Below are positions 62,391-64,000 of a DNA stretch of 64,000 nucleotides, piece by piece; the first letter of the stretch is position 1; each line of letters opens with the position of its first letter. This DNA comes from Enoplolaimus lenunculus (Eukaryota). Made by a program: the position numbers and the translations under genes. The DNA lies in contig JASANG010002092.1 in the NCBI GenBank assembly GCA_030248215.1, positions 248,001 to 312,000 on the forward strand, read 5' to 3'. The notes beneath the pieces were generated by a model, which was not told the origin of the DNA, ran no database searches, and worked only from the letters and a program-made list of their open reading frames with translations.

Positions 62391-64000
62391 ATGGATAGCC
62401 ATAAAAGGTAAGTAGAATGAATTGTATTGCTATTTACGTTGTATTTCTTAGCCAACGAAGATTTTATCACCATATTACCTTGTGATTATAGCAGTATATA
62501 TAATACGAAAATCAGCTTCATGTCTCGATCTATACTTGTACAAGAGGTACTAGTAGTTGCTGTCTATTTTACTAGACCCTAGGAACAAGGGGTCTCAATT
62601 TTTGCAAAAATCAGAAGTATCTGCTAGACAGTAAATAACGTTTGTGAGCAAACCGTTGTATAAATATAAATTCGTTTGAATCTTGTGCACTTCTAGGACA
62701 GCTAAAGCTTAGGCCCATGCTTATGGTTAAGACTTTAGGCTAACGCTTCGTTTCATGTGTTTATTGTAATTTTGCTCCTCAGATATTCCGTGCAAGAAGT
62801 CTTAGACATGGTTACTGCTGACGACGAAGATGTGGAAGCGATATACGTAGTGCCACCAAACCGTACATACGATACAGATGAAGATTCGGGCGATGAAGAC
62901 GGCGGATTGCTTGACAACCTAAATGGGCGTCGGCTACAGGCGGAAGCTGAAGTCGTACTGCGATCTGGAACACGGTTGGGTGGAGAAACTGAAGATTCGA
63001 ATGGCGATAAATCTGAAGAAGAACACACATCAAACAAGGTGCCAGCGGCAAAAAAGAAAAAGGTCAGTAAATGGGCCGATGGTGACATTGATGAGATACA
63101 TTTTACTCCAGTCTCTGCGGATAAATCGTCGTATATAGGCAAATCGCCAACGGAACTTTTTGAATTGTTCTGGGACGATAGATTGTTTGAATATCTTAGC
63201 GAACAGTGCAGCAGTTACGCACGATACAAAAATTGTGCTGATCCAGAAATTACTGTGGAAGAGTTGAAGTGTTTTATGGCAATTTTGATTGTTAGTGGCT
63301 ACGCAAAACTGCCGGGCAAGCGATTTTTTTTGGGATAGTGGATCTGATATGAGAAATACGGCGGTTTATGAATCAATGAGGCGCAATCGCTTTGAACAAA
63401 TAATGTCGTTTCTTCATGTTGCTGATAACAATCAACCGTTAACCGGGGACAAATATTGGAAGTTGCGCCCCTTGATTGAAAATCTACAGGAAAAGTTTGC
63501 TCGAAATTTCTTGCCAAAGCTTCATATAGACCATGATGAAACTATGATAGAATATTTTGGCCGCCATGGCTGTAAACAATTTTTACGCGGTAAACCGATT
63601 AGATTCGGATATAAAGGGTGGTGCCTCAATACTCCAGATGGTTACCTTCTCGCGTTCGAATTCTACCAAGGAAAAACCTTCAAAAGAAACTCTGACTACG
63701 AAGCAAGGTTTGGAAAAGCGGGGGCGGCCATGATGCAACTAGTTGACAGTCTTCCCAATGAAATTCAAAATCTTCAGTTGTATTTCTACCACGACAACCT
63801 GTTTACAGGAATGAATCTTATTGAAGAATTGGGAAACAGAGGATATGGTTCAACCGGAACAATAAGAGACAACAGAATACCACGTGAAGTAGGCATACAG
63901 GATATGAGAACGGTCAAGAAGCAGGATCGCGGGTATTATGTCCAACGAAAATGCTGCGACGAAAGGGGAATAGTTATTGTGCGCTGGATGGACAATGCTG
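62391..64000 (+). mobile_element. piggyBac transposase gene, PGBD3-like, spliced, with one frameshift; runs off window
   Basis: Mini-exon 62391-62407 (MDSHK-R, AG|gtaagt) joins ctcag|62783 in phase (RYSVQEVLDMV...DEDSGDEDGG...). A +1 T in the T8 run at 63324-63331 shifts the frame. It continues WDS...MRRNRFEQIMSFLHVADN...KLRPLI...HDETMIEYFGRHGCKQFLRGKPIRFGYK...YHDNLFT...TGTIRDNR...VRWMDN with no stop. The first two catalytic Asp are present (63535, 63793). Confidence 0.93.

Overview
AT-rich eukaryotic (invertebrate metazoan) genomic DNA with spliceosomal GT-AG introns. It carries two convergent, intron-rich host genes, both reconstructed by hand with consistent splice phases. (1) On +, a La-related protein 4 (LARP4-family) gene with about 20 coding exons from 476 to 37383; the start codon lies upstream of the window. 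It predicts a very long protein of about 2,900 aa, with the La motif and RRM embedded in N/Q/H/G-rich low-complexity sequence, followed by a probable ~5 kb 3'UTR. (2) On -, a complete WDTC1/adipose gene with 17 coding exons from 58237 to 47820 (~830-840 aa). Introns and the intergenic spacer are densely filled with non-autonomous DNA transposons. These include several CAGGG...CCCTG hAT-like MITE families with 8-bp target-site duplications (TSDs), often nested, a TA-flanked Tc1/mariner-like MITE and a Helentron/HINE-like element. There are also two tRNA-derived tandem units and several minisatellites. The right end holds a decayed Gypsy integrase with a probable 3' LTR, and an intron-containing PGBD3-like piggyBac transposase with one homopolymer frameshift that runs off the window. 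Frequent TTTCAG acceptors and TTAGGC-type repeats weakly suggest a nematode (inference only). I found no clearly new biological system. The best leads are the giant LARP4 with remodelled motifs, the spliced piggyBac transposase and the nested MITE architecture.
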